Notes under the pieces: model-generated
The model's input: the letters and a program-made list of their open reading frames with translations, nothing else
The model's database searches: none
Told to the model about the DNA's origin: nothing
Position numbers and translations under genes: made by a program
Origin: the human T2T-CHM13v2.0 reference genome, Homo sapiens
Assembly: GCF_009914755.1 (NCBI RefSeq)
Contig: NC_060948.1
Direction: 5' to 3' (one strand)
DNA length: 64,000 nucleotides
In this document: piece after piece, positions 45,083-58,733 of the stretch
Layout: each line of letters begins with the position of its first letter
Position numbering within the stretch: the stretch's first letter is position 1

Positions 45083-45713
45083 AGTTAGTTTGCAGTTAAT
45101 GTATTTCTTTCGTTGCTGGTAATTTGTGTTATCAATATAAAACCTCTAGTCTTACTTTGATTCAGAGAAGTGTAAGAAAATGTATTCTCAAACAGACCAT
45201 TCATTCACTGAATATTGCATTAGTATTAGGTATAAATTAGTTCTTCTCTATTTTATATTACTAGTTGTGAAAAATATTCAGTTAGCAGCAAGTACATTCT
45301 TTCTATTTCAGCGGAGAAACAGAGATATATGTAATTTTTCATTGTCAGATCAAACAATTATCAAGTTGAAAAAAGTTTTTACATCTAAATTTCTGTAGTA
45401 TTGGGTTAAATACGACTCTTGGAGAGATGAGAAAAAGAGTTTGAAGGTAACTTGGTGATGAAATACTATACATTTTAATATATCAAATACATACATTTAG
45501 TATATCAACATTTTTATTTGTGCTGTGAGTCAAAGGTGGGTTTCTTTCTTTTGTATTAAATATAAGTTAATTTATACTTTGAGAGTACATATGTTCTGAG
45601 ATTTTTATATTTAACACATGTAACAAATGCCATAATATTATTTACCATCAGATGGCATAGTGAGCCAAACTGCCTTTTTCAAGATTGCTTCAACGAGATT
45701 TCTCATATTGCAT

Positions 45714-47760
45714 GTGTATTAGTCCATTTTCATACTGCTGTGAAGAAATACTCAAGTCTGGGTAATTTATAAAGAAAAAGAGGTTTAATGAACACACAGT
45801 TTCACATGGCTGTGGAGGCCTCACAATCATGACGGAATGTGAAGGAGGAGCTAAGGCATATCTTACATGGTGGAAGGCAAGAGAACTTGTGCAGGGCAAC
45901 TGCCCTGTATAAAACCATCAGATCTCACGAGACTTATTCATTATCATGAGAACAGCATGACAAAAACCCATCCCCATGATTCAATTACCTCCCACCGGGT
46001 CCCTCCACAACATGTGGAGATTATGGGAGCTGCAGTTCAAGATGAGATTTGGGTGGGGACACAGCCAAACCATATCATTCCATCTCTGGACCTTCCCAAA
46101 TCTCATGTCCTCACATTTCAAAACCACTGATGCCTTCCCAATGGTCCCCCAAAGTCTTAACTCATTTCATCAACTCAAAAGTCCACAATTCAAGGTCTCA
46201 TCTGAGACAAGGCAAGTCCCTTCCACCTATGAGCATATAAAATCAAAAGCAAGTTAATCACTTCTGGATACAATGGGGGTATAAGTATTGGGTAAATACA
46301 TCCATTCCAAATGGGAGAAATTGGCCAAAAAGAAAGGGCTACCAGCCCTATGAAGGTCCAAAATCCAGTGGGGCAGTCAAATCTTAAAGCACCAAAATGA
46401 TCTCCTTTGAATCCATGTCTCGCATGCAGGTTATGCTGATGCAAGAAGTAAGCTCCCATGGAAAAGAGCTCCCAGCTCTTCCTTTTTTGCTTTGCAGGGT
46501 ACAGTTCCCCTCCTGGCTGCTTTCATTGGTGGGCATTGAGTGTCCGCAGCTTTTCCAGGTGCACAGTGCAAGCTGTTGGAGAATCTACCACTCTCAGGTT
46601 TGAAGGAAGGTGGCCCTCCTCTCACAGCTTCACTATGCAGTGTCCCAGTGGGGACTCTGTGTGGGGGCTCACACCCCACCTTTCTCTTTCACACTGCACT
46701 AGCAGAATTTATCCATGAGGGCTCTGTCCCTGTAGCACACCTCTGCCTAGCCATTCAGGTGTTTCCATACATCCTCTGAAATCTAGGTGGAGGTTCCCAA
46801 ACCTCAATTCTTAACTTTTCTGCACCCACAGGCCCAATATCACGTTTTAGCTGCCAAGGCTTAGGGTTTGCTTCTTCTGAAGCAACAGCCTGAGCTTTAT
46901 GTTGGCATCTTTTAGCCAAGGCTAGGATGCAGGGCACCAAGTCCTGAGACTGCACAAAACAGCAAGGCCCCGCGTCTGGCTCACAAAACAATTTTTTCCT
47001 CCTAAGCTTCTGGACCTGTGATGGGAGGGGCTGCTGTGGAGACCTCTGACATGCCCTGGAGACATTTTCCCTGTTATCCATGATTAACATTTGGCCCCTT
47101 ATTACTTATGCAAATTTTTGTATCTGGCTTGAATTTCTCCTCAAAAAACTTTTTTTTTCTATCACATTGTCAGGCTTCAAATTTTCCAAACTTTTATGTT
47201 CTGCTTCCCATTTAAACGTAAGTTCCAATTCCAAACCATATCTTTGTGAATGAATAAAACTGAATGCTTTAAAGAGCACCCAGGCAATGTCTTGAACATG
47301 TTGCTGCTTAGAAATTTATTCCACCAGATACCCTAAATCATCTCTCTCAAGTTCAAAGTTCCACAGATCTCTAGGGTAGGGACAAAATGCTGCCAGTCTC
47401 TTTGCTAAAGCATAGCAAGAATCACCTTAGCTCCAGTTTCCAGTAAGTTCCTCATCTTCATCTGAAACCACCTTAGTCTGGACTTCATTTTGATATCAGT
47501 ATCAGCATTTTGGTCAAAACTATTCAACAAGTCTCTAGGAAGCTCCAAACTTTCCCACGTCTTCCTGTCTTCTTCTGAGCCCTCCAAACTATTCCAACCT
47601 CTGCCTATTTCTCAGTTCAAAAGTCATTTTTACATTTTAGGCATCTTAGTAGCAGTGCCTCACTCCCAGTTCCAATTTACTATATTTGTCCATTTTCATA
47701 CTGCTATGAAGAAATACCTGAGACGTGGTCATTTATAAAGAAAAAGAAGTTTAATAAACT
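45714..47760 (-). mobile_element. THE1 (THE1C-like) element: complete 3' LTR (45714-46077), internal region, 5' LTR cut to about 80 bp
   Basis: The LTR end at 45714 is repeated at about 47681-47760; MaLR internal sequence lies between. Confidence 0.92.
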
Positions 47761-48193
47761 AAGAGATCTATTGATAATTTAAGTTCTCATTGAAAAAACC
47801 CTCTATTGGAATCCCAAACTGAACTGGAAACTAGAATTTTGCAAACTAAAGTTAGTTTTTCAATATCCTCTTCTCTGACATCTAACTACTTATTGTAAAC
47901 CTTTTTGTCTCTGATTATTCAGAGTGATCAGGTCAGGCCTTTGCTGTTTCAACTCAGCTACATAGAAACCGCCAATGACTCATAGCTTATTACAGTGTCT
48001 TTTTGATACCCTGCTTAACTTAAGACTATAGCAGCCACCAATAAACTTGTGAAGGCTTCTGCTGACATACTCTTGGGCACTTCCTTGTAACTAATGGTCT
48101 CCCATGGTGTACAATCTTTGGTACGCATTTAAAAAAAATTATTTTCAAGTTAGCTTATAAGATATTCATATTTTCTCTTTCATATGTTATTAT

Positions 48194-48627
48194 TGAAGGA
48201 AATTATGTATTTTACCCCAAAATACACTACTTTGACATATTTTGAGATGGTGGTTAGGAGAGCCAGCAAATAGAAATAACCTTCCTTGATTTTAGAGGGA
48301 GATTTGCATCTGTAGAGAATCTGTACTAATGCAGCCAGATTTTTTTCTGAGGTTTCCCTTTATCTAGGAAAGATCAACTGAGTTTGAAACATTTAAATGT
48401 CTGAAGAAGCATTTGCCATCTATTCTGAGGGCTGCTACCTCTGTGCTTTCATCTACATAAGAATCATTTTGCTAGGCAAACCTCCTCTTCTTTTCATCTC
48501 ATAATGTGTCTTACCACTATAACCGGATTTACTGTCTTAACCAGTATTTGGTCATAGTCTCAGACCCCATTCTTTCTGTAACTTCAAGATTGTACGTAAG
48601 CTGCTGAACCCCAACTGGAAAGTTGGA
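48194..48627 (+). mobile_element. ERV1 LTR (MER34/MER39-group), 3'-truncated
   Basis: Colinear similarity to 61468-61900. Confidence 0.75.
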
Positions 48628-48910
48628 GTGTCAGGACCCAGAAACTGATACCCCAAAATATGGCACTATAACATGCTAAACTGATGATGAAGCCTGAAAG
48701 TCTTGCTGACCCCGACATACCCACTGGTCTCTCCCACAGCACAGGATGAAATTGTTTTCTGAAATTCCTTTATCTGTCTGAAGTCTGGACCTACCAAGGA
48801 AAATAATTGTTTTTCTTCTCCCCTGTGAGTTATCTTATTGTCTATTGCAGAAAAGAAGACCAATTATATAACCACACCAGAACAGACCCGTTTAAAAGAT
48901 ATATCTATAA

Positions 48911-49409
<499 letters not shown>

Positions 49410-49422
49410 ATGCCCATTCTTT

Positions 49423-49765
49423 TTTATTTCAATAGCTTTAGGATATATGTGGTTTTTGGTTATATGGATGAATTGTATAGTGGTGAAGTCTGAGATTTTT
49501 GTGCATCCATCAACTGAGTAGTGTACACTGCGCCCAATATGTAGGTTTTTTTTAATCTATCACCCCACTCCCACCCACTCTTTTATTGAGTTTCTAATGT
49601 CCATTATACCATTCTGCATGGTTTTGTGTACTCATAGCTTAGCTCCCACTGATAGGTCAGAACATACAGTATTTTGTTTTCCATTCTTGAGTTACTTCAC
49701 TTAGAATAATGGCCTCCAATTTCATCCAAATTGCTGCAAAATACATTATTTTGCACTTTTTTATG
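49423..49765 (-). mobile_element. L1PB-like 3' end
   Basis: ttcaatagcttt..gtggtttttggtta.atggatgaattgtatagtggtgaag. Confidence 0.85.
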
Positions 49766-52700
49766 CCAAGCCCCAATTCTTTCAGTAACTTCAAGACGGT
49801 ATATAAGCTTCTGAATCCCATTAGGGGGCTGGGATATAATAACTACTGTTCTCCCCCATGTGCACATTCATAAATTTGTACGCCTTTTTTCCAGTTAATC
49901 TGCCACTTGTAAGTTGATTTTTTAGTGAAACTTCAGAGAGTAAAGAGGAAGTTTTCCCGTGACCCTGACTGTTTTGGCACTGTGCACAGTATACCAAAGC
50001 TCTGCTCTTCCTGAAATCGCAGTGAATGGAACCCAGAATCTAATAAGCCAGAAGAAGTGTAAGAATTTCTTACCAAGCACATGGTAGAAATCACTGTTAT
50101 TCTCTTTATTTTCTGCAAAATTTTATATAATGGGAGAACACAATTAGTGTAAGTAGTCTTGGATGTAGCAACTCTGGTGCACTTTATGGTATGAATTTTC
50201 CTACCCTTGATCCCTTCTTTCCCAGAAATAGTGTTTTCCTTTGACTTTGTCTTTTCTGTGTTATTCTGTCATAAAGAGGATAGAGCATTTCTTTAATAAT
50301 TAATGATGTTGAACATCTTTTCATATGTCTATTTGTCATTTGTATATCTTTTATGAAATGTCTATTCAAATGTTTGCCCTTTTGTTTGATCAGATTATTG
50401 GATTTTTACCTATAGAGTTGCTTGAGCTCCTTAAATGGGGGATTATGGTTATTAATTCCTGGTCAGATGGGTAGCTTGCAAATATTTTATCCCATTTCGT
50501 GAATGTCTCTTCACTTTGTTGATTGTATATTTTGCTCTGCAGAAGCTTTTTAACTTAATGTGATCACATCTGTCAATCTTTGCTTTGATTACCTGCACTT
50601 GCATATTACTCAACAAATTTTTGCCCAGACCAATGTCATGAAGATTTTTCCCAATATTTTCTTGTAGTAGTTTTATGATTTGAGGTCTTAAATTTAAGCC
50701 CTTAATCTATTTTGATTTGATTTTTATATATGGTAAGAGATAGGGGTCTAGTTTAATTCTTTTGAATACAGATAACTAGTTTTCCCTGTAACATTTATTG
50801 AAGAAACTGTTTTTCCCCAGCATGTGTTCTTGGCGTCTTTGTAAAAAATTAGTTGATTGTAGGTATGTGGATTTGTTTCTGGGTTCTCTATAGTTTTCCA
50901 TTCATCGATGTGTCTGCTTTTATGCCAGTATCATGCTCTTTGGTTACTATAGCTCTGTAGCATAATTTGAAGTCAGGTAAGGTGATCTTCCAGTTTTGTT
51001 CATTTTGTTCAGGGTAGCTTTGGTTATTCCAGGCATTTGATGTTTCCATATAAATTGCATGATTTTTTTTTCTATTTCCATGAAGAATGTCATTGATATT
51101 TTAATAGGGATTGCATTAAATCTGCAGATTGCTTTGGATAGTATGGACATTTTACCAATAGTGATTTTCCCAATCCATGAACATAGAATATTTTTTAAAT
51201 TTTTTGTTGTCTCCTTCAGTTTTACAATTTTCATTAAGAGATCATTCACTCTGGTTAATTCCTAGGTATTACATTTTACTTGTGACTATTGTTTTTCACT
51301 TATATTTTAAATTTTTCACTGCTGGCATATAGAAATGCTACTGGTTTTTGTATATTGATTTTGTATCCTGAAACTTCACTGAAATTGATCAGTTCTTATA
51401 ATTTTCTAGTGGAATTTTTAGGTTTTTCCAAATGTAAAAGCATATCATCTGCAAACAGGGATAATTTGACTTCTTCCTTTTTAATTTGGGTGCACTTTAT
51501 ATCTTTCTCTTGTATGGTTGCTCCAGCTAGGACTCCCAGTACTATGTTGAATAACAGTGGTGACACAGGGCATCCATGTTGTCTTCCAGATGTTATATAA
51601 GAGGCTTTCAGTTTTTCTCCATTCAGTATGATACTATTTGTGGGTCTGTTGTAAATGGCCTTAATTATGTTGAGGCAAATTTCTTCTATACCCAGTTTTT
51701 TGAGGGTTTTTATTATGAGCAACGTTCAATTTTATCAACTTTGTTCAGAATCAATTGAAATGATCTTCAATCTCTCGGTTTGGTGTATCATATTGATTAA
51801 TTTGTGTATGTTCAAACATCTTTGCATCCCACGATTAAATCCTACTTTAACCCTGGTCATGACAAATAATCTTCGTAATGTATTGTTGAATTTCATTTGC
51901 TAGTATTTTGGTGAGGATTTTTGGATCAATACTCATAAGAGATATTGGCCTATAGTTTTCTTCTTCTTTTTTTTTTGATGTGTCTTTTTCTGGTTTCAGT
52001 ATCAGGGTAATTACTGACCTCATAGGATGTGTTTGGAATTATTCCCTCCTCTATTTTTTAGAACAGCTCGAGTTTGATTGATATTAGATCTTCTTTAAAT
52101 GTTTGGATTAATTAAGCAATGAAACCGTCAGGTGCCGACCTTTTCTTTGCTGGGAGACTTTTTATTATGGCTTTGATCTCATTACTTGATATTGGTCTGT
52201 TCAGGTTTTGGATTTCTTCCTGGTTGAATCTTAGTAGCTTGCAGGTCCAGGAATTTGTCCATTTTTTTATATATATATTTTCTATTTTACTGGCATATAT
52301 TTGCTTATAGTAGCCACTAATAATCCTTTAAATTACTGTAGTATCAGTTGTAATGTCTTCTTTTTAATTTCTGATTTTGTTTGGATCTTCTTTTTTTTCT
52401 TAGTAAGCCTGACTAAAGCTTTGTCAATTTTGTTTAACTTTTTGAATAAGCAACTTTTTGTTCAATGATCTTTTGTATTTTATTTCATTTCAATTTTATT
52501 TATGCTCTGATTTTTATTATTTATTTTCTTCTACTTAATTTGGGTTTGGTTTGCTCTTGCTTTTCTAGTTCCTTAAGATGCCTCATTAGATTTTGTATTT
52601 AAAGCTTTTTCTCTTTTTTGATGTAAGCACTTATTGCTGTAAACTCCCCTATGATCACTGCTTTTACTGTAGGCCATAGGTTTTGGTCTGCTGTGGTTTC

Positions 52701-52785
52701 ATTATCATGTGTTTAAAAATTTTTTGATTTTCTTCTTTATTTATTGACCCACTTTTTGTTCAGGAGCATATTATTAATTTCATGT

Positions 52786-53148
52786 TGTATTAGTCTGTTC
52801 TCATGCTGCTAATAAAGACATACTCAAGACTGGGTAATTTACAAAGGAAAGAGGTTTAATTGACTCATGGTTCCACATGGCTCAGGAGGCCTCATAATCA
52901 TGGTGGAAGGCAAAGAGGAGCAAAGCCACATCTTACATGGTGGCAGTCAAGACAGCATGTGCAGGAGACCTCCCCTTTATAAAACCATCAGATCTCATGA
53001 GACTTATTCACAATCATGAGAATAGCATGGGAAAACCCTGCTTCCACGATTCAATTACCTCTCACCAGGAGTCTCCCATGACACATGAAGATTATGTGAG
53101 CTACAATTCAAGATGAGATGTGGGTGGGGACACAAACAAACCATATCA
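52786..53148 (-). mobile_element. THE1B-like solo LTR
   Basis: TG...CA ends, flanks catgt/gatgt. Confidence 0.92.
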
Positions 53149-53792
53149 GATGTATTTGTGTAAGTTCCCAAATTTCTTTTCTTAGGGATTTCTAGTTTTA
53201 TTTCATTCTGTTTAGATAAATTGTTGGATATTATTTCAATAGTTTGACTGTTCTAAGACTTGTTTTGTGACTTAACATATGGTTTATCCTGGAGAATAAT
53301 CCATACGCTGAGGAAAAGAATGTGTGTTCTGCAGCCATTGGATGAAGTGTTCTATGCATATTCTTTAGATTCACTTGATTTATAGCACAAATTAAGTCCA
53401 ATGATTATTTGTTGATTTTCTGTCTGAAGAATCTGTCTAATGTTGAATGTGAGGTGTTGGTGTCTCTAGCTATTATTGTATTGGGGCCTATCTCCCTCTG
53501 TAGCCCTAAAAATACATTATATATATATATTTAAAATTGAAATATTTTCTTGCTGAATTGACTACTTTATCATTATATAGTGACCTTCTGTGCCTCTTTC
53601 TATAATTTTTCATCTTGAAATCTATTTTGATTAATATAAGTATAGTGAATCTTGGTCTTTTTTGGTTTCCATTTACATGGAATATCTTTTCTCTGTGTCT
53701 TTATTTTTAGTCCATGTGTATCTTTATAGGTGAAGTGTGTTTTTGTAGGCAACAGATAAATAGGTATTTTTTTAAAAAATCTGTTCAGCTAC

Positions 53793-54901
53793 TAATATTG
53801 TTTGGGTTTCTGTCCCTGCTGAAATCTCATGTCGAGTTGTAACCCCAGTGTTGGAGGAGGGGCCTTGTAAGAGGTGATTGAATCATGGGGGTGGACTTTC
53901 CCCTTGGTGTTCCTATGATAGTGATTTCTCATGAAATCTGATTGTTTAAAAGTGTGTATCACCTGCCCCTTCTCTCTTTTCCTCCTGCTCTGGCCACATG
54001 ACGACAGGCCTCCTTTCTCTTCACCTTCCACCATGATTGTAAGTTTCCTGAGGCCTCTCAGTCATGCTTTCTGTACAGCCTGCAGAACAGTGAGCCAGTC
54101 AAACCTTTATTCTTTATAAATTACCCAGTCTTGGGTAATAATTTATAGTAGTGCAAGTATGGACTAATATAAACAATTGGTACCAGGAGTATGGTATTGA
54201 TATAAAGATACCTGAAACTGTGGGATCAGCTTTGCAACTGGTTAATGGGCAGAGGTTGGAACAGTTTGTAGGGTTCAGAAGAAGACAAAAATATGAGGCA
54301 AAGTTTGAAACTTCCTAGAAACTTGTTAAATTTTTGTGACCAAAATGCTGACAGTGATATGGACAATGAAGTGCAGGCTAAGGTGGTTGTCTCAGATTGA
54401 GATGAGGAACTTATTGGGAACTAGAGTAAACGTCACTCTTAGACTTTAGCAAAGAGACTCAGGCATGGAGGCCTAGGAGGGAAGAATGGTTTTGTGGGCC
54501 AGGCCCAGAACCCCACTGCTTTCTGCAGCCTTGGGACATGGTGCCCTGAACCACAGCTGCTCCAGCTCCAGCTGTGGCTGACAGGGGCCAAGATACAGTT
54601 TGGACTATTGCTTCAGAGGGTGCAAGCCCCAAGATTTGGCAGCTTCCAGGTGGTACTAATTCTGCAGGTGCACAGAGGGCAAGAGTTGAGGCTTGGGAGC
54701 CTCTGTCTAGATTTCAGAAACTTTTGAGTTAATGTTGAAATGAGGTAAGACTGGGGAACTGTTGAGAATAGACAATTATATTTTTTAATAAGAGAAAGAC
54801 ATCAGATTTTGGAGGTGCCAAAATTACGAATTACAGTCATAAATTATAAATTTCCGAGTCTCAGGTACTTCTTTATATCATTGCAAGAACAAAATAATAC
54901 A
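53793..54901 (+). mobile_element. MSTA-like element with deleted interior and only the tail of the 3' LTR
   Basis: Exact 5-bp TSD gctac; LTR 53793-54170. Confidence 0.88.
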
Positions 54902-57900
54902 GCTACTATATGTCTTCTGAGAGGGGAGTTCAGTCCATTTACATTCAATGTTATTATTGGAAAGACTTACTCCTGCTATTTTGCTATTTGTTTTCTAGTT
55001 TTATTGTACTCTTCTCTTCCTTTTCAAAATTTATTTCTGAACTTCTTTATTGAAGGTGATTTTCTATGGTGATATAATTTAGTTTCTTGCCTTTTATTTT
55101 TTGTGTATCTGTTGTATGTTTTTTGTTTTGAGATTACCACAGGGCTTGCAAATACTCTCTTATAACCCATCATTTTAACCTGATAATAACTTTTAATTTT
55201 TTGCATAAACAAACAAACAAAAATGAAAAGGGAATTGAATAAAAGTTCTATGCCTTAATTTTGTTCCCTTGCTTTTTAACATTTTGTTGTTTCTCTTTAT
55301 ATCTTAACGTACCAACTACATCTTTAAAAGTTTTTGTAGTTACTGTTTTTGATTGGTTCCTCATTTAGTCTTTCTACTTAGGGTAAGAGTAGTTTATAAA
55401 CCACAGTTACAGTGTTGTACTATTCTGCATTTCCTGTGTACTTGCTATTACCAGTGAGTTTTATACTTTTAGATGATTGCTTATTGCTCATTTCATCCTT
55501 TGTTTTCTGATTGAAGTCCTCCCTTTAGCATCCCTTGTAGGACAGGTCTGGTGTTGAAGAAATTCCTCATCATCTTTTGTCTTGGAAAGTCTGTTTCTCT
55601 TTCACATGTGAAAGATATTTTTTGCCAGATATACTATTCTAGGGTAATAGGGTTCTTTTTCTTCAGCACTTTATACATGTCATGCCACTCTTGTCTGGCC
55701 TGTAAAGTTTCTGCCGATAAGTCTGCCACCAGATGGAGCTTGATTATTAAATGCCTTCAGGTAAATCTGCTTGGTCTTCTATAATCTTCTGTTCATGGAT
55801 ATTGATATCTTTCTCTAGGTTTGAGAAGTTCCCCGTTATCCCTTTGAGCAAACTTTCTTCCCCATCTCTTTCTCTAACTCCTTTTGAAGACCAATAACTC
55901 TTAGATTTGACCTTTTGAGGCTATTTTCTAGTTCCTGTTGGCATGCTTTATTGTTTTTTTCTCTAATGATTGCATATTTTTAAATAGCCTCTCTTAAAAT
56001 TCATTATTTATTTCTCCTGTTGATTAATTTTACCATTAAAGAACTCTGATGCATTGTTCAGTATGCCAATTGCACTTTTCAACTACAGAATTTCTGCTTG
56101 ATTTTTTAAAAAATTATTTCAATCTCTTTGTTCAGTTTATCCAACAAAATTATGAAATCTTTCTTTGTCTAATCTTGTATGTATTTTAGTTTCTTCAAAA
56201 CAGCTATTTTGAATTCTCTGTCTGAAAGTTTACATGTCTGTATCTCTCCAGGATTAGTTCGTGGTGCCTTATTTGGTTCATTTAGTAAGGTCATCTTTTC
56301 CTGAATGGCATTGATGCTAGTAGATGTTCTTCAGTGTCTGAGTATTGGGTAGTTAGGTGTTTATTATTATCTTCCCTTTCTGTGTTTATTTGTACTCGTT
56401 CTTCTTGGGAAGGCCTTCCAGGTTTTTGAAAGAATTTCGGTGGTATGATCTAAGCTGTATCTGCATTAGGGAGCACCCTAAGTCCAGTAATGCTGTGGTT
56501 TTTACAGGCTCATAGACTTAACACTTTGATGGTCTTGGCAAAGATCCAGGATAATGCTCTGGATTACCAGACAGAGACTCTTATTCTCTTTCCAGACTTT
56601 CTCCTGAACCATAGAGTCTCTCTCTATGTTCTGAGCTACCTAAATCTGGGATGACAGAAGCTCCTTTGTGTCCATCACCACTATGAATGCACTGGGTCAG
56701 AAACAAAGCCCCACATAGCACTGGGTCTTGCCCAAGGCTTTCTATAACCACTCCTTGGTTACTGCCTATGTTTATTCAAGGTTCTGAGGCTTTACATTTA
56801 GCTGGTGGCAAAAGCCACCCAGGCCTGTGTTTTTTTCTTCAGGGCAGTGAGTTTCCCTAGGCTCTGGGTGGGTTCAAATGTGCTTCTGTAAGTCAGGAAC
56901 TAGAGTCAGAAACATTAGCTGTTTACCTGGTATTTTACTGTACTATGTGTGAGCTGGTACTCAAACCACAGGATGCAGTTCTTTCCACTCTTCCCTCCCC
57001 TATCCAAAGGCAGAGGCGCTACACCCCATAGTTGCCACCACCCCAGGCTACAAGGAGTACTGCTAGACTTACACTGATGTTCCTTAAAAGCCCAAGGGCT
57101 CTAAAGTCAGCTTGGAATGAATGCTGCCTGGCCTGGGACTCACCTTTCAGGGCAGTGGTCTCCCCTCTGGCCTTACATGCAAGTCCAGAAATGCCAGCCA
57201 AGAGTCAAGTCCTGGAGTCAGGGACTTCAAGAGCTTGCTTGGTGCTCTATCCTCCTGTGGTGGTGTTGGTATCTAAGGTGCAAGACAAACTCCTCTTTAC
57301 TTTTCCCCTTTTTTTTCTCAAGCTGAAGGAGTTTTGCCTTATAGCCACTACAGCTAGTAATGTGCTGAGTCTCACCTGAAGCCAACAGGTCTCAGAGGCA
57401 CACCCAATGCCCTCGATGTAGTACCTGGGTATAGCTGTTGGTTGTTTAGAACCCAAGGTCTCCTCAGTTATGCATGCTGCCTGAAGTGGATAATTTTTTT
57501 CAAATGCAGTGTGTTCTCCTCTGGCCCAGGGTTTTATAGAAACATCATCTAGGATCTAGCGTTTGGAACAGGGGCCTCACAATACTCACTGGTGCCCTAT
57601 CCTGTTGTGGCTGATCTGGTATCCAAGATGCAAAACAAAGTTATTCTTACTCTTCCCTCTTGTATCCTCAAGCAGAAGGAAAGGGCCTCTTTCAGAGCTG
57701 TGAGCTGTGTAGCCTGGGGTTACGGGAGGAGTGATGCCAGCACTCCCTTAATCATTCCAGCTTTTTATTCAGTAGGTCATATGTCCCCCTAGACCACTAT
57801 GTTTGCGTCCAGTTCAGCACTAGGACTCATCTAAGAGGTCTAAGAGTTGCAGTCCTTGTGGTCTCTGCTGCCTTTCAAGTTTACTTGGAGGCAAAGGACA

Positions 57901-58624
57901 CTGTAGCCCTTGGTGGTAAGGTTTGTGGGAACTTGAACTGGGGCCACTGGGATCAGTAATCCTTTCTGAATAGGGCCAGTTTAAATGCTGCCTTCATGGA
58001 CACCTGTCCACTGAGTTTAGTCTGGTTTTCCTTTCTGCTGTAACAGGAAAGCACCGAGTTTAATGCTTCAAAATTTCTGTGTTCTCTCTCCACCAGTGTC
58101 CAGAGAGCCTCTCCACTCCACACCACTCCTTCCAGGGGTGGGGAAGGTGTGGTGTCACTGATTCAAGACTGTTTTTTCTATGTCTCCAGACCCTCCTTCA
58201 ACAATATGATGTTAAAACCAGGTTCCATGGGTGCTCACCTAATTTTTGGTTCTTATGATGATATTTTTTCTGTGTAGACAGCTGTTAACTTTGTGTCCTT
58301 GTGGTGGGAAGAGTCAGTGGGGACTTCTATTCTGATATCTTGCTCTACCTCCTTTTGGATTCCACAATATTTTTTCTCAGTGAGCTTATGTCTTTGAATT
58401 TGAGCCCTTTGATTCTGAGGTTTAGACAAGGGGCCATGGTGAGGCCTAGGGACAGCATCCATGCCCCATTCTCCCTGACCCTGCTGTTCTTCCTAGCCAT
58501 GCTGTGAGGGGTTGGATCTTCCAGGCATTGACTCCACTGTACTTTGTCCTGGGCTCTGCATCTATCTGGTACATAATTTAAATTTCTCATTTTCTAGGGT
58601 TTTCACTAAAAATGATCACTGAGA

Positions 58625-58625
58625 G

Positions 58626-58678
<53 letters not shown>

Positions 58679-58733
58679 TTTTTGGTTATATGGATGAATT
58701 GTATAGCGGTGAAGTATATTATATATATATATA
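58625..58733. repeat. (TA)n(TG)n microsatellite flanking a 42-bp L1PB fragment
   Basis: Directly visible. Confidence 0.9.

Larger units (their letters stand above)
50283..58352 (-). mobile_element. L1MA with intact 5' end and missing 3' end; same type as 32529-41910
   Basis: ORFs 51396..51722 ([26 protein letters not shown] motif) and 50947..51249; 5' end is the reverse complement of ggaggtagagcaaga. Confidence 0.92.

Noticed and set aside
45690-47738. Dense cluster of short ORFs on both strands
   Set aside because: Chance ORFs in the more GC-rich THE1 sequence; no recognisable gag or pol
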